Assembly (NCBI RefSeq): GCF_964194025.1
Contig: NC_134468.1
Span: 59,272,001-59,336,000 of the forward strand
Reading direction: 5' to 3'
Source of the DNA: Convolutriloba macropyga
Lineage: Eukaryota
DNA length: 64,000 nt
The first letter of the stretch is position 1. The number at the start of each line of letters is the position of its first letter. Positions 35,601 through 50,600 of this stretch are shown here, one piece after another. A model generated the notes under the pieces. It saw only the letters and a list, made by a program, of their open reading frames with translations, had not been told where the DNA came from and did not search any database. A program made the position numbers and the translations under genes.

Positions 35601-38600
35601 AAAAAAAAACGCTTTAAAATGCCGCACGTGAACAAAAAATTTCACTCGCTTAGAGAAAATTTTTTCACACATCAATTTCTCGCTCTCTCAAAAACAGCGG
35701 TATGAACAAAAACCACTCTCTTTTCGCTCCGCTCTTCACTTTTGTTCAGCACAAAAACCACTCCAAATTTTTTCACGTGTTTCATTTCCCGCTTCAAAAT
35801 TCACTCCAATAAAATTGATTTAAAAAAAGGACTTCTCCAATACTCCTCTTCGAGTCGTAAAAAGACAGCGCCCCAATACAATTCAAATTCTTTGAATTGT
35901 AAAAAATAGGAGCGCTATAATAGCCGGCTGAGAAAATGAGGGCGGCTATTTAAAAAAAATAGGAGCGCTATAATAGCCGGCTGAGAAGATGAGGGCGGCT
36001 ATTAAACACTCAACTAATATGGGACCGATTGCACTTGAAAAGCTTTACCTGTTGAAGTTCCGCTCTCCTAGCCTCAGAAATGCCCTCTGCTGACCAAAAT
36101 CTTTTTCCTCTCAGTGCCCTCTTCTGGTCCACTTTGGCCAGACATCGTCTACTCCACCTTAAAAGAAAATGCATTTCAGCTTACCAGAACTCAACAGATC
36201 AACTTTCGAATCTAAACTACCTGGAGAATATTAATACATTTTCTGCCTCACCAAAAAGTAATTAAAGAGCTATATAAAAATAGTTATACAAGAAACCAGA
36301 AGGCCTCCACAATGCGATTTAAATAGCTTGAAAGGCTAATAGTCACTTTTGCGATCACTTTTCAAGGTTGCATGGGAAGACGGTGGTCATTAAAAATGAG
36401 ACCTTGACTAAATGAGTCTCTGGCATCAATCAGAGTCGGATACCCTGAAGAGTAGAAACGTTAATTTCTGTTGGATTTCAGACAGAATAATGTCGAAAAA
36501 TTCGTCAATGAGGAGTTCTGGACATAATTCAGTCAATATCTGATTAGTTTTATAGAGAGTAGTGAGATTGTACCTCTGGAGCGTGATGATGGCTTTCAAC
36601 CTCTTCATGCCTTGTCTCTGCTGGTCGAACTGCTTCTTGGTATGGTAACCCCTCCACTGGGTCTGGATCTTCAAAGCAGCCTGTGTCTCTATCTGCTGCA
36701 GATACTTGTCAACTACCTTAGCTGGGGTCTCTTTAGTTAGGAAAAGGCGTTTCTCACGAGCTTCTCGTTCGTTTCGGTGTCTAAAATAACAAACATACCC
36801 GGCAGATTGCCGGAAAATAGCCGCCATTGATTCCAATAAGCATGATTGGGATTGAAATCACAGAAGATATTGAAAAAAAAAGATTTTTGTACAAAAACAT
36901 TTTTTTAAGTCCAATTTATTTTGATGGCATTTCGTAGTTGAACATACTTCTGTTTCTTAGAGAGAGGCTACAGGGGCTACTATCAATAACAATAAGCATT
37001 AGAGAGAGGTAACTAATATTTATAGGAACGACGTTCAAATAGCGGGCATCTAAAATAGGGCTTTATGGGTTTATCCCGTTTCTATTTCTGACTTCAATTT
37101 TTTATACTGACTCTGTTCATTTTGAATTGCTTTGCGGAGCAACTGATGTTCAAAATCACTTTTAGCAGAATGAGAGAAGAGAGAAACTAGCCTAGAGAAG
37201 TCAAAAAGATTTCACGCAAAATGTTGAAAAGGCGGCAAAATGAGGTAAAGCGAAACTTTTTTTATTCGACGAAGTAAAAAAAAAAAAAAATAGGAGCGCT
37301 ATAATAGCCGGCTGAGAAGATGAGGGCGGCTATTAAAAACTGTCACGATTTATAACAGCGTCATTGAAATAACCTTTTCAAATCCATGCATCGTCTGTTT
37401 TTCGGTAGCACTTTTTTCTGATTGCCTTTCTTCACAAAAAGACTTCACTGAAACTTGAGAAGTTCGTTGACAAAAAAGATCACCTGTTGATCTGCATTTG
37501 CAATCTGAGATCCTTCTCCTCCAACTCTCTCCTCCTTTCCCGTTCCCTATTCTCACTCTCTTCCTTTTGCTGTACCTCGTTCTGCTTCCGACTCACTTTC
37601 ATCTCAGCCAGCTGTCTCCTGGCCCTGAACCCCCTGTACATCCTCTGGATACTGCTGGCCGCCCTGTGGAACCTCTCCATCTCCTTCATGTGTCTCACTT
37701 GGGACTCCAGGAAGTTCAGCAACTTCTGCTGTTCTTGGCCGAATCCCTTACCAGTCCAGCGGGTGATTATGAATCGAATACCTAAAAAATGAAGACAAAC
37801 AATTAAAAATAATAGCCCCAGCTATCGCTGTGCGGCTATTAAAAACATCGAGAAACTTGTCAATCATCCAGCTGGACCTCAACTAGTAATAATTTTATGA
37901 TCGGCTCGAACTAAGATCTTTGTGAGGTGTCTGTCAATCTTTGTCTTCAGTATGAAATGCCACTAACCCATATGTATTCATAACATAGCCGGCAGATTGC
38001 CTGAAAATAAAATAGCCGCGATAGTTAGATTTGGGGTGTAATTTTTATACAGAAAAAAAGCTATGCCAGAATATAGCACTGCTAAAATTACTCTTCGAGT
38101 TGAAAAGTTCAAAGCCTCTAATCATCAAAATAAGATGACTATACCACACAACTAGTTGATGGGTATGGGGGCAAAGATCAACTATTCAAAGAAATTTAAA
38201 CAAACTGACCACAAAAAAAACCCGTTGGTGGAATTTGTTTCAGTGCAATTGAGGCGCTCTACTTCTTAAATTGCCAGCACTCAATCAGTTTCAGGATTTC
38301 CGAAAGTCAGAGCTGTCTTAAGAAGGAAGCTACAATTAAAAGCCTACCTTTGAAACAATTAAATGTCTACCTTTGTATCTGGTGAAAAAGGCGTCCCCTG
38401 TCTTTGGGTAGATGTACGTCAGTTCAACCAGTGTCCTGCACACTGCTGCAGCCACAGAGACGGCCGACTCAAACTCTGACAACTTGTAAACCTGTAAAAA
38501 GACATTAACAAATTCACAACAAAATTGAAAGAGCGCCACAACTTTACACGCAAGTCTCATTTCTCTTCACAGGGATTTAAAAAATTACGTATCAAACAGA

Positions 38601-41600
38601 TTCCTTTTCAAAACACAAATTGCCGTCTTTATGGCCAAATGTTTAATATCATATGAAGCAGGCACCTTTAATTATTGTAAGCAAACTTCTTTTTTAGTGG
38701 GTTCATATTATTTGCAACCACCCAAAAGCACGTGCAATATTTTTATATAATGATTTATATTATGTAATGGCTTGTGTTGTAACTGGGGGTGCATAACGCA
38801 CTGGGGGTAAAAACGGAAAAGATCCGAAATTAGAAGTTGAACAGCCTCACGTGAACAGCCTGACGCTCATTGAAAAATTATCGAAACGAGGGAACAGGTC
38901 TTGGAAGACAGCACCCCAATCAAATTCTTTGAATTGTAACAAGACAAAAATTTTAACACCTACGTAGCAACACATCAGAACAAAAAGAAAAGACGCCACT
39001 ACAAAACCATCCTTTACATGAAGTCAAAACCCTTCAACACAAGGAAACTGGCAAAGATCTGTCAACTAATAGAAACTGTCAATCGTAAAAGAACAGAAAA
39101 AAAATAAAAACATAACCAAAAAACGTCCGACGAATTGCTCTCAAACGAGGACTGGGGGTGGGTTGAATAGGAAGGGAGGAGTGTAGAGGAGAGCGTTGCA
39201 ATTTGGGGACTGAGGGGTCAAAGCGAAAATTGGTCAGGAGAAAAAATCGCATTAAAAAACGACCACATGACTAATATAATTGCTACAAACGTCGTTTGGG
39301 AGCAATTAATTAGGAAGCTCGTGACTGAATACATCAAAGAAACATGGCAACATCAACTCAATTTGCTCCAGTTCAAACTACTTAAAACAAAAACGTTTCG
39401 CCTTTATATGTCAATTTGTTTGCAATATGTATTTTTTATGAACCATTGAATTTATCGTTAACAACTTTTTGAATACGCACAGAATGTTAAAAAGGCCAAA
39501 TTTTGTTCTAAACCCTTTCGGCTTGATGAGATATCAAGGTGCCGAGAAAGCTAATAACACATGGCTTTGAGATCGGCCAGAACTGGAACCGTACAACTAC
39601 TCGATTGCCATACTAGATAGACGCTGCGTTTTCACTGACCAACCACTCAGATCAATTGCTCATTTAGGCAAGAATGCCACACAGTCCAATCACGCCCCAA
39701 AATTCCTGTTTAAACACGGGTCAACCACTATTAAAACATAGGACTGTAAAGTCCTGAATCAAAATTCAAAAAAAATTGACAAACCGAACACTCACTCAAC
39801 CCTTGACTTGCCATCGAATAAAATCTTAAATCATTAGCAACTACCAAAAACTCGAAAAATGATTATACAAGTTGAGTGGTCCCAAAAATAAAAACCTTTG
39901 AACACCATTTTCTCGCACCACTTTGAATTTACTTCGTAACTTGTCTTGATCAGAACAAACACAATTTTTTCAAGAAACCATCAAAATGATTGAAAAATCT
40001 ACAAAAAAAAACAGCATTTGAAAACAATACAATATAGGTGAACTATAAAAACATGGGGAAAGTCCCGAAGACTCTCATTGAAAAAATAGACATTGACACA
40101 TCTATGGATGCCCCTTTGAAATCCATTAGACAACCTGTCGTCCGTGAACAAGCACTCTTGACAATGTTTTCTCACTTCATAACATAGCCGGAATAGCTGC
40201 GAAAGAATAGACCTGCGTGCCATATAATAGAGATAGAAACAGATATAGATCTAAATTGAAAAAAAAAATCGACGCCGCTCAAAAAACTAGGTAAAAAATC
40301 ATTCAGCGATAAATTAATAAAGCTTGTTAAAATTCATTCCGCAGAGGCCTCCTATTAAGGACCTTTACTGCACATATGAGTTCCTTTGACCTTAAACAAA
40401 TTCAAACTACACTTAAGTTTAGTGCAGAAGTCATTTTATTGAGTGAGGTAAGTCACGTATGATCAAAATCTAATCACGCAAATAACCTAAAAAACTTTTG
40501 CTAAAACGAGTGAGAAATGACGTCACGCGTGCAAATGCCGTTAGTGAGAGGAAGAAGTCATTCAGAAATTTGACTTTTTCAGCTTTGCTGTGTGAACAAA
40601 TGTAAAACGAAAAAAGAGCGTCAGACGACGAAACAAAAAAACATAGCAGGACAAGACCTGACGTACAATTCAAAGAATTTAAATTGACGAAACAGAAAAC
40701 TAGACCTCAAACGGACTATGAATGGATTGGAAAAACCATTTAGAAAAAAATCCGATCCAAAAAATCGAAAAAACAGTAAACATCAAAGTGAAATTGCCGC
40801 ATGTGAACAAAAAACCACTAGCGAGAAAGCGAATTTTTGCGAATTTTTGTTCAAACACCGTATTCTCACTCTAGTTTAAAATTAGAGCGAAAATTTCGGC
40901 GTGACCAAAATCACTACTCCAATTTGACTTCAAAAATCATGAAAATGTGCGAACAGATCTTAAAAAAAAACAGCGCCCCAATACAATTCAAATTCTTTGA
41001 ATTGTAAAAAACCAAGAGCACCGCAATATAGCTTCGCTCAGCTTACAGCTTCGCAGCTATAAAAACAAAAAACAAATTCACTCCTCCAAACTAAAAATGA
41101 AAACGTGGAAAACTGTCGATTTCTATATAAGCTTTCAAATGGAACACCTAAAGATACATTCATGTCCCATAAGAGAGCCAACAAGAACAGTCATTATTGA
41201 GAGACATCGAAAAAGAACAGTAGTACCAGAAAAGTATCGGAAAGTGTTCTACTGAGCTCCGCAATTTCATGAAATTCATTTAACGTGGCCAATTCAGCCT
41301 CAAAGTGAGAGGACAAAAACCAAGTTTTAACATATTAACCTAGTGCACCGGCTTATCGGTTTATCCTATTTCATATAATTTCGCCTTTTGACCTTGAACG
41401 CATTCACGTAAACTGTTGAATGAATTCTATATTCCGCTCAGTTGAAACACAGTGAGGAAGTCAGAGGTCAAAGGTATAAATGACGACTCATGTAAAACAA
41501 AGAAGAGCAGAAAGAAATTAGGAATTAAAATAGCCTTAAAATAGCCGTTTGAGTAGCTGATAGCGGATATTAAAAAGTTATTACTATTTTTTTGAAACAA

Positions 41601-44600
41601 ATAGTATCAATGTCACATTGTTTGCCCATTGAAGGTTTCAGCTCATTGCATCATACCAAAACATTTGGGAGAAAATGAAAACAGAAGGAATTCAATTCAA
41701 TGGACCCCATTCGCCAATTCCTTGAGAAGTTGCAAAAATAGTGCAAACCATTTCATCGAGAAGGGCATATATTTTGTCTTCGGGGATGGTTGAGAATTGT
41801 TCGCGACCACACTGTCTAGTGACACGACAGATGAAGTCCAACAGTAGAGTGAGAGTGTCCGGTTCTTCACTGAACAGCATCTTAAGGAGATAGTTGCTCT
41901 CCAACACACTGCGAGCCATTACACTACTTCTCTCAACTATCTAAACAATGCCAACTTTTTTTATAGCAGAGATAATCACACAGAAAATTAACACTAGGAA
42001 AAATGCTTCTGAGCAACTAAAACTCAAATCTTAAAACACAAAATCAATTACCCATCGTAACAATAGCAAATATAAAGTATTCAAGGTATGCAAAAAACCA
42101 CATTAACAAAATTTATTAGCTTTAGAATCTCATTATTAATTCGAGTAGTGCCTCATATAAAAGCTTTAGGATAAAAAACGTGTATTTGAGGCTAGAAAAT
42201 GTTTGCAGAACCAAGCAGGCAAGCTGTTTGTTGAACAAATAAACTAATCCAAGCTTCAGTAAACACATTATTAATGTAGTCCTATGCACTAATTAATGTA
42301 AAAACAAATAGTTATTATTAATTCAGAAACAAAGTTTATAACTTTCTTCGAAAGGCTAACAACTTGAGTTTGACGAAGAGACTATTCTATTCAAACGGTA
42401 AATAATGACCCTTAAAAGATATGGTATATCTGAACGCTTACGACGCGCGACTGTTTTCGAAGTTTGTACTCTTAGATTATCGGTATATTGAGATCTGGTT
42501 CCTTTATCAGCTCGAAAAATTAACGAATCAAACTATCCTGGAACTTTTTCAGGCTGAAGAACTATTCGATGACCAAATAAAAAGATTAAAAGGAAAATGT
42601 TTTCAATGGGCAGTCAGTGCAGCTCTCGGCCAAAATATGAAATAGGACTACTTTGCGACCACCGAAAACAAACGAGTTCAGAATACTTTTTAGCTTCTGT
42701 TTCTTAGCTGGGAAGTCCATAGCAAGTGAATGACAGTAATCACAACCGAATTGAAATTGACTAGTTTGTTAAGCATCGATGCTAGCGTAAAGGATTCAGT
42801 CTCGCAACACTGTACAGCCCTTACTGAAGCAACAAATGGGATGCGCCCACTCATTGAGTGGGCGCGGAGGAGTAGAATTCTCCAACTAACAACCGCGTGT
42901 TCCACCATAAAAATTTCGCCTCGAAACAGTTTTGGTGAATCGCATTCTTAGAGACTAGTTGGGCGTTAGGCTCCAGGAGAACTTAATCCCCTCTGAGCGT
43001 TAGCTGTTTGTCCCGTTTTTGAGAACGAAAAGTCAAATGGATCAGAAGAAAAATCGGTCAAGCAAATAATAGCATTAACACAGGACGAAAAGAATAGCTA
43101 CAAACTTTGTTTGAGAGCAATTAATAGAAAACTAGCAACATAAACCGAAAAACATGGTACAAATCGCTCTCAAGCGAGAGGGGCAATTTAATTCAGCGGT
43201 AGCCAGATTATCATTGTAACAAAAAATTCCAACTAGTGAGGACCCGCCACCTCCGCCGAGCCATCTGAAGCATAAACCAATCGGCTATCATCCCTTGAGA
43301 TTTCTTAATTTACAATTGACCATTTCAGCAACAGACTTAACTTCTGAAATAGAGCAATTTAGAGCACGCAAAAACTAGGAAGTCAAGCGTGACAAATTCA
43401 CTCGAGAATCAAAGATGTTCTAGAAGAAAACCTCCAAGCAAAAATATTGCGTAAAAAGATAAAATAACAATAACTGCTTCAAAATTTGTTTGAGAGCAAT
43501 TAATTACATCAAGTGTAAAAGCGAATTAAAATAACAATTCCTTTTTTAAAAACTTACTCAAAAATATTTGCTTTTCCTGTCATACAACAGCGCTTTTCTG
43601 TCACTGCCTTATCCTGGTTGCATTTTCCTGCTGTGCGTCTATCATTGCACAAAACGAGAAGTCTTCTTTTGAACTGTTAAAAGCATTTTATCTCTGTAAA
43701 GGAACCAACTTCCTCTAAACTTTCTCTTCCAAAAACACATTTTCCTCTCCCACATACATTTGCGTCCTCCCATGCCCCTTAATTTCCTGATTTCCATTCC
43801 CCCAACCTATTTCCATTAGTGCGCTTTAAATTTGTTGATTTTTTAGAAGAATTCAGAAGCTGTCGACATTCACTTCCAATATTATTTGTAGTAGGCGATT
43901 TCCCGTTTTTGACCATAACTTGTGTCCCAGTGGCGCGAATTGTAATGTATATATAGAGCTTCATTTGCTACCATGAGTGAAACTCTCAGAAAAAGATATA
44001 ATTTGAAAGTTGTCTGGGTATGCAAGACATAGGCCGAAGTGCATGAACATTTTTGGCATATCCTAGGGTCAAAACGTACCTTGAAACTTGCTCAACTCAG
44101 ACTAAAATTTTTGATTTTATGTAGGCGGAACTTAGACATCTGACACTTAAGCACTTTTTAAGCTCTGGTTTTGATAACTTCACAGACTTCAAAAACATCA
44201 CACTCACAAAAGATCCAAGTGTTTTTTAATTTGTCCCTAGAAGTGAGACTGAGACAAGAGTCCTCCTGAGAAGAATGCTTGCGTGGGATGCCTGAACAAG
44301 AAACGAAAAATGGGCTAGCCTCACTTGCAGATTTGAAAGTCTCAATTCGAAGGCTGGATTTTAATAGGCGTCTAGCTATCGTTGGATCAATGCAGTTATC
44401 TTTTATTCCGCATTAGTTATTCCGAAAGAAACGAGTAGGTCTGCTCTAGATTCAACCTTTAAGCACTACCCATACACACACGCACGCACGCACGCACACA
44501 CACACACACACACACACATTGAATGAGGATTAGATGCAAGGACTGGTATTCCCTTGCCTCAGTAAGTTTTATAGCAACGAAGGTTTCCTCCACCAAAGTC

Positions 44601-47600
44601 AGTAGACACACAAACGTATATCAAAAGTTGGCCACCACAGGTTAGGGTTGTTTCTGTCGCGCTCGAGAAACAAATAGACAATCGGACAAACATCACATTT
44701 ATTTAAGTTTGTGCGAGCTTCACTGATTAGTGAAAAGATTTAACTCGATAGTATACACCTTCTAAATTGGGTAAAGCATCACATCTGTATCAAACATCTC
44801 TAATTAGGACAAGCACTAAGATAGCAGGAAAGCATTGAACAAAAGCATTAGGTAAGCACAAAAAGAAACAAACTCATTTGAATATGTGTAACATAACAAA
44901 ATCAAAAATAGGAATGTTAGAAGGAAACAGTGCAGTAACAGTGCTGTATAAACTCTGAAAAATAAGACTGTCTTCGAACACAGTCAACATACCAAGCAAG
45001 CAAGTCCGAAGCATCGTCAACAGCAAAGAACAGCCTCAAGCAAAAACTTTGGCTAAAGATAAGAGTTGAACGCAGTAAAATAACTCTTCGAGCAACAAAG
45101 CAACTGTAACGAAGGGCTATGCATACTAAGCAAAACTTTGAACTCTCGAGGTCACCGAAAGAGCGCTTAGACTGAAGTTGCAATGAACTCATGAGCTACA
45201 GCTAACAAGTGAAGAGTTGGCAACACTTGCTAATGATCTGCCGAAGGAAACAATCATGCTAAGATGTAAACAAAGCAAAAGCAAACAAAGGGACGCAAGT
45301 GACACTGAATCTGCTCTTAACAAATCAGCAGCGCCTTCCCCTAATCTACAGAGAAAACAGTACCCTTTACGCAATGAAGCAATGAGAAACATCAGTTGGC
45401 AAGCCGCAGCAATCAGTAGACAAACACCGCTGTCTCTTCCAACTCAGAAGACCCTGATAATTATCAACTCATTCTGAACATTGAAGAGAGAGGAAAGAAC
45501 AGGGATATTTTCTCAGGGGCACTGAGAAGATAAAGGCTGGCAAAACTCAAGTCAATCGAGGGAAGAGTATCATGTTCGAGGACAGATTGATTTTTGATTT
45601 GTCCCTAGAAGTGAGACCGAGACGAGAGTTCTCCTGAGAAGGATGATTGCGTGGGATGCCTGAACATGAAAGTAAAAATGGGCTAGCCTCACTTGCAGAT
45701 TTGAAAGTCTCAATTCGAAGGCTGGATTTTAATAGGCGTCTAGCTATCGTTGGATCAATGCAGTTATCTTTTATTCCGCATTAGTTATTCCGAAAAAAAA
45801 CGAGTAGGTCTGCTCTAGGTTCAACCTTGAAGCACCACACACACACACACAAACACACACACATTGAATGAGGATTAGATGCAAGGACTGGTATTCCCAT
45901 TCCTCAGTAAGTTTTATAGCAACGAAGTTATCCACCACCAAAGTCAGTAGACACACACAAACTAATATCAAAAGTTGGCCAACACAGGTTAGGGTTGTTT
46001 CTGTCGCGCTCGAGAAACAAATAGGCAATCGGACAAACATCACATTTAATTAGGTTTGTACGAACTTCACTGATTAGTGAAAAGATTTAACTCGACACTA
46101 TACACCTTCTAAATTGGGTAAAGCATCACATCTGTATCAAACATCTCTAATTGCGACAAGCACTAAGATAGCAGGAAAGCATTGAACAAAAGCATTAGGT
46201 AAGCACAATAAGAAATAAACTCATTTGAATATGTGTAACATAACAAAATCAAAAATAGGGATGTTAGAAGGAAACAGTGCAATAACAGTGCTGTATGAAC
46301 TTTGAAAAATAAGACTGTCTTCTAACACAGTCAACATGCCAAGCAAGCAGGTCCAAAGCATCGTCAACAGCAAAGAACAGCCTCAAGCAACAACTTTAGC
46401 TAAAGAGAAGAGTGGAACGCAGTAAAATAACTCTTCGAGCAACTGTAACGAAGGGCTATGCATACTAAGCAAAACTTTGGAACTCTTGAGGTCACCGAAG
46501 GAGCGCTTAGACAGAAGTTGCAATGAACTCATGAGCTACAGCTAACAAGTGAAGAGTTGGCATCACTTGCTAATGATCTGCCGAAGGGACGCAACTGACA
46601 CTGAATCTGCTCTTAACAAATCAGCAGCGCCTTCCCCTAATCTACAGAGAAAACAGTACCCTTTACGCAATGAAGCAATGAAACATCAGTTGGCAAGCCG
46701 CCGCAATCAGTAGACGAACACCGCTGTCTCCTCCAACTCAGAAGAACCTGATAATTATCAACCCATTCTGAACATTGAAGAGAGGAAAGAACAGGGATAT
46801 TCTCTCAGGGGCACTGAGAAGATAAAGGCTGGCAAAACTCAAGTCGATCGAGGGAAGAGTATCATGTTCGAGGACAGAGCCGACATGAGAGTGAAGAGAG
46901 CAGAGCAGCGCAATCCCAACAACCAGGTTGTTTTCCCAATAGCCGAGCTGGTCCAACCATGAGCCATAGTTACATACCCCGAAACAATCAACAACCACTG
47001 CACAATTGTTCCGGACCTGGTGGACGCTATATCAACGACTAAAACAATGACTTCCTGCATGGCGATCTCTACAATGGCTTCCTGAGTTATAAATAAGACT
47101 GTATTCAACACTAAACACTGATGTTCCAGAACACATTGTGTTTGCCTAATATATCAATCGATAATTTCACAGCTGAACCTTTCGAATGGCACCAGTGGTT
47201 CAGTTTCTTCAAAACAACCATTCACATCAACGGTGGCTTTTCAAACACCCAAAAAATGACTTATCTCCAAAACTCTGTAACTAATAAAGCAAGAGATTCC
47301 ATAAATGGATAATCCTACAATGAGGACTACAACCATGAAGCCATTGCTGAACTGACCAGAAAATTTGGCAAACCACAGCATATTGTCAATGAATATTAGA
47401 CGAACCAAACACTTCTGTGAGATTCTCATCTTTCTTGAAGAGACTGGTACAAACCTTCCGGCTTCACAACTTCGAAGCTGATCTCAAGTCTTCAGCAGTC
47501 TTGAGACTGGCCAGAGACAAATTGAACGCTACCATCATAATCAGATGAAATCAGCACACAAGAATCCAAGCCTTGTTGCAACCTTACCTTACCCGCTTTG

Positions 47601-50600
47601 CTGATTGCAATGAATCTTAAAAAGAAGCGTGCGAGGACATCTCCCCACAACGGAACCAGAGTAAAGAATTCCTATAGAAGTGGGCCAACGGTTGTGTCCT
47701 GACAGTTCTGCTCACAAAACCACAACCTTGGTCGATGTCCCGAATACATGTAAAAGTCAGTGTATGACCGACAGGGTTGTGTGAGGAAGTTCAATCTCTG
47801 CCCTAACTGCCTAAGACCTCAAAAGGGCCTCTGTCAATCAAAAACAAGATGCTTAGTGGACAGATGCAATGGCTTCCATCAGTTTACACTCCATAGGACA
47901 GATGTAAGGCAGCAGCAACAAAATGCACAACCAAGTGGGAACTCGAATCAAATCTCACAAAACATCTTCGGAAACCAAACAAACCAAAACCAGTCAAACT
48001 ATGCAGGTAACTTTAACAATGCAAAACAAAGACAGCAGACAAGTTTGAACTACATTCAACGAAAGAAAACCAGAACCAAAAAGGTGAGTTTCACAAAGGG
48101 CAACTGAAATAAAAACGTTTTTCACCCTCGGCCGATGAACACGCAGAACAACAAAAACAACAGACACTAGAATATTAACGAACTGTAGCCCAACAGCAGG
48201 CAACTAATCCGCAACAAAACTACACTTGCAGCAACCAACAGGAAACTTCTGGAATCAGACCTCATACAGTTGCAAGCATTGCTGTTGCTTACCAGTGATC
48301 AGAATCTCTGTGTAAGCAACAGCAATGGAGGAGTTTTGGAAGCCAAGAGTTCGAATTGAAATGTTGAATGAGATCAGCAGAGACCACTCTCACCTCCAGA
48401 ACATAAGATTTCCAACAACCAGGGACAACCAGATAGCAATACTGATTGGGGCAGATGCATTTACAGCAAAAGTTCCCAGACAGTTCACATCTGGACCAGC
48501 TAGCACCCCATATTGAGGCAACACTCTGCTTGGTTGGACACTGACAGAGCCTGTTCCTCGGAGTTACAGAGAGAAGCAGGCCGGCTAATCAACCAACACA
48601 AACGTGGCAACTTTCAATCACATCAGAAGGCAAAAATCGATCCACATGAAGATCTTCTCAAACTTTTTTGACAATTGAGGGAGGGAACTTCATTTAGTAC
48701 TCTTCCAAGGGAAGAACTTCAGTTGACAAAGAAGCTGTCTATCCTCAGTCTATCTACATTGGTGACAGATAACAGATCGGAATTCCTTGGAAGAAAGACA
48801 TCAGACTCCCTAACAACTACTTCATGGCCAAATTTCAGTTGCAGGCTCTGCAACAAATTGGACAAGGAAACCAACTTGAGACACCGCTACGAGGAAACAA
48901 TCGAAACAAATCAGGATAAAAACAAGATCACAACTGCAGACCCCAGTTGAAGACGCTCCTTTTGGTACCTTCAGAGTCAAACGCTGCTACAAAGTATAAG
49001 GGAATCTTACTCAACAATGCATTGCTGACAGGGCCGGCCCTACTTTGTGGCCTGTATGGCCTCCTCTACTTTAGACAGTACTCAGAAGCAGTTACAGCGC
49101 ACATTGAGGCATCCAACCACAAGACCAGGAAAATGAAAGTTTTCTGGGACAGATGATGGCAATGAGAAGATCTTCAAATACAATCGATTTATTTTTGGAG
49201 CCACATGTTCACCTTGTGCAATCTTTGTTCTGCAGAAAAGTGCAAATGACCACAAACAAGAGCATCCAGAGGCGTACACATCAATCATGCAGCAGTTCTA
49301 CATTGATGATTTTCTGCAGACCTACACTTCTGAAAATGAGGCCCGCAGATGTACAAAGGAGACCAAAACTGTTCTGCAGATAGGAAGATTCAATTTGAAA
49401 GAAAACTCCTCAACAACAAAAGAACCGCATTAGAAAACCTACTGGCAGAAGACCAGGCAGACATGAAAATTCAAAGGAACCTTAGTCAGACGTGGGACCC
49501 CAAGACGGCCAAGCTGATGTTCGCAAAACTAAAGCTTCTTCACACAGGACAACAACTAAATTGAAGTGAGGCGCTATCAATGGCAGCTTCTCTGTTCGGT
49601 CCAGTTGCAATGACTTCACCGTTTGCCATCAGAATTATTTGCATTCTGCAGAAAATTGTTAGAGGGAAGAAACTGGGATCAACCATTGGCAGAACAATAC
49701 CAACAGGAACAGCAAGAGTGGATGGAGGAATTCAACGGCATGACTTCAATGCATATTCCTAGATGCATGATTCCCAAAATCAACCAAAGTCATCAACTTC
49801 ACAAGTTCACTGACGCATCAATGAGTGCCATTGCTGCCATAGTGTAGGTGAGGTCAACCAACGCCGATGGATCTTCCGCATCCCGATATGTATTAATCAA
49901 AATAAAAGTGTCACCGATAACGCAGCTGAGCATTCCAAAACTAGAATTTGAAGCGGCAGCCCTTGCAGCAAAACTAGATGGGTTCTGTGAGACCGAGATG
50001 ACAACAACTTAAAGTTTGAAGCATTTTTGGACAGACAGCACAGCTATTCTTGAATGGATCCAACTTATGCAAAAACAGTTGATGTATATTGCCAACACAT
50101 TGAACAAAATTCACGAGAATTCCAACCCAGACAACTGTAGCCATAACTCCGTTAAGATGAATCCGGCTGACCATGGCACACGAGGCCTCACCCCACCAGA
50201 CATCCCGAAGCTGTGGCTTGAACCACCGGACTTTCTCAGCGCACCTCAAGATTCCCGGATCTTTGCCGAGGACAGCGCTCCCCACATATGCGCTACAAAA
50301 GCGACAGAACTTCAGACGCCTGTCATTGAGGTTGAAAATTTTTCAACACGGAGACCACGACTCAACTCTTCTAGAATGGTGATCCAGGCAAAAAGGAGAG
50401 TCTAAACAAAAATCCGAACGAGAAGACAAAACAAAACATCTGAGACGTTCAAAACTGATGATTTTGGAACAAATGAGACCAGGGCAAGGAACTTCCATCA
50501 CAAGGTCCCAAAACAAGTTTCTCTAGGAAAAATTTCTTCACTGTTGCAGGGAAGCAACCTTGAGAAGGGAGACAAACAGATGCCTTCACTCGCATTCTAG

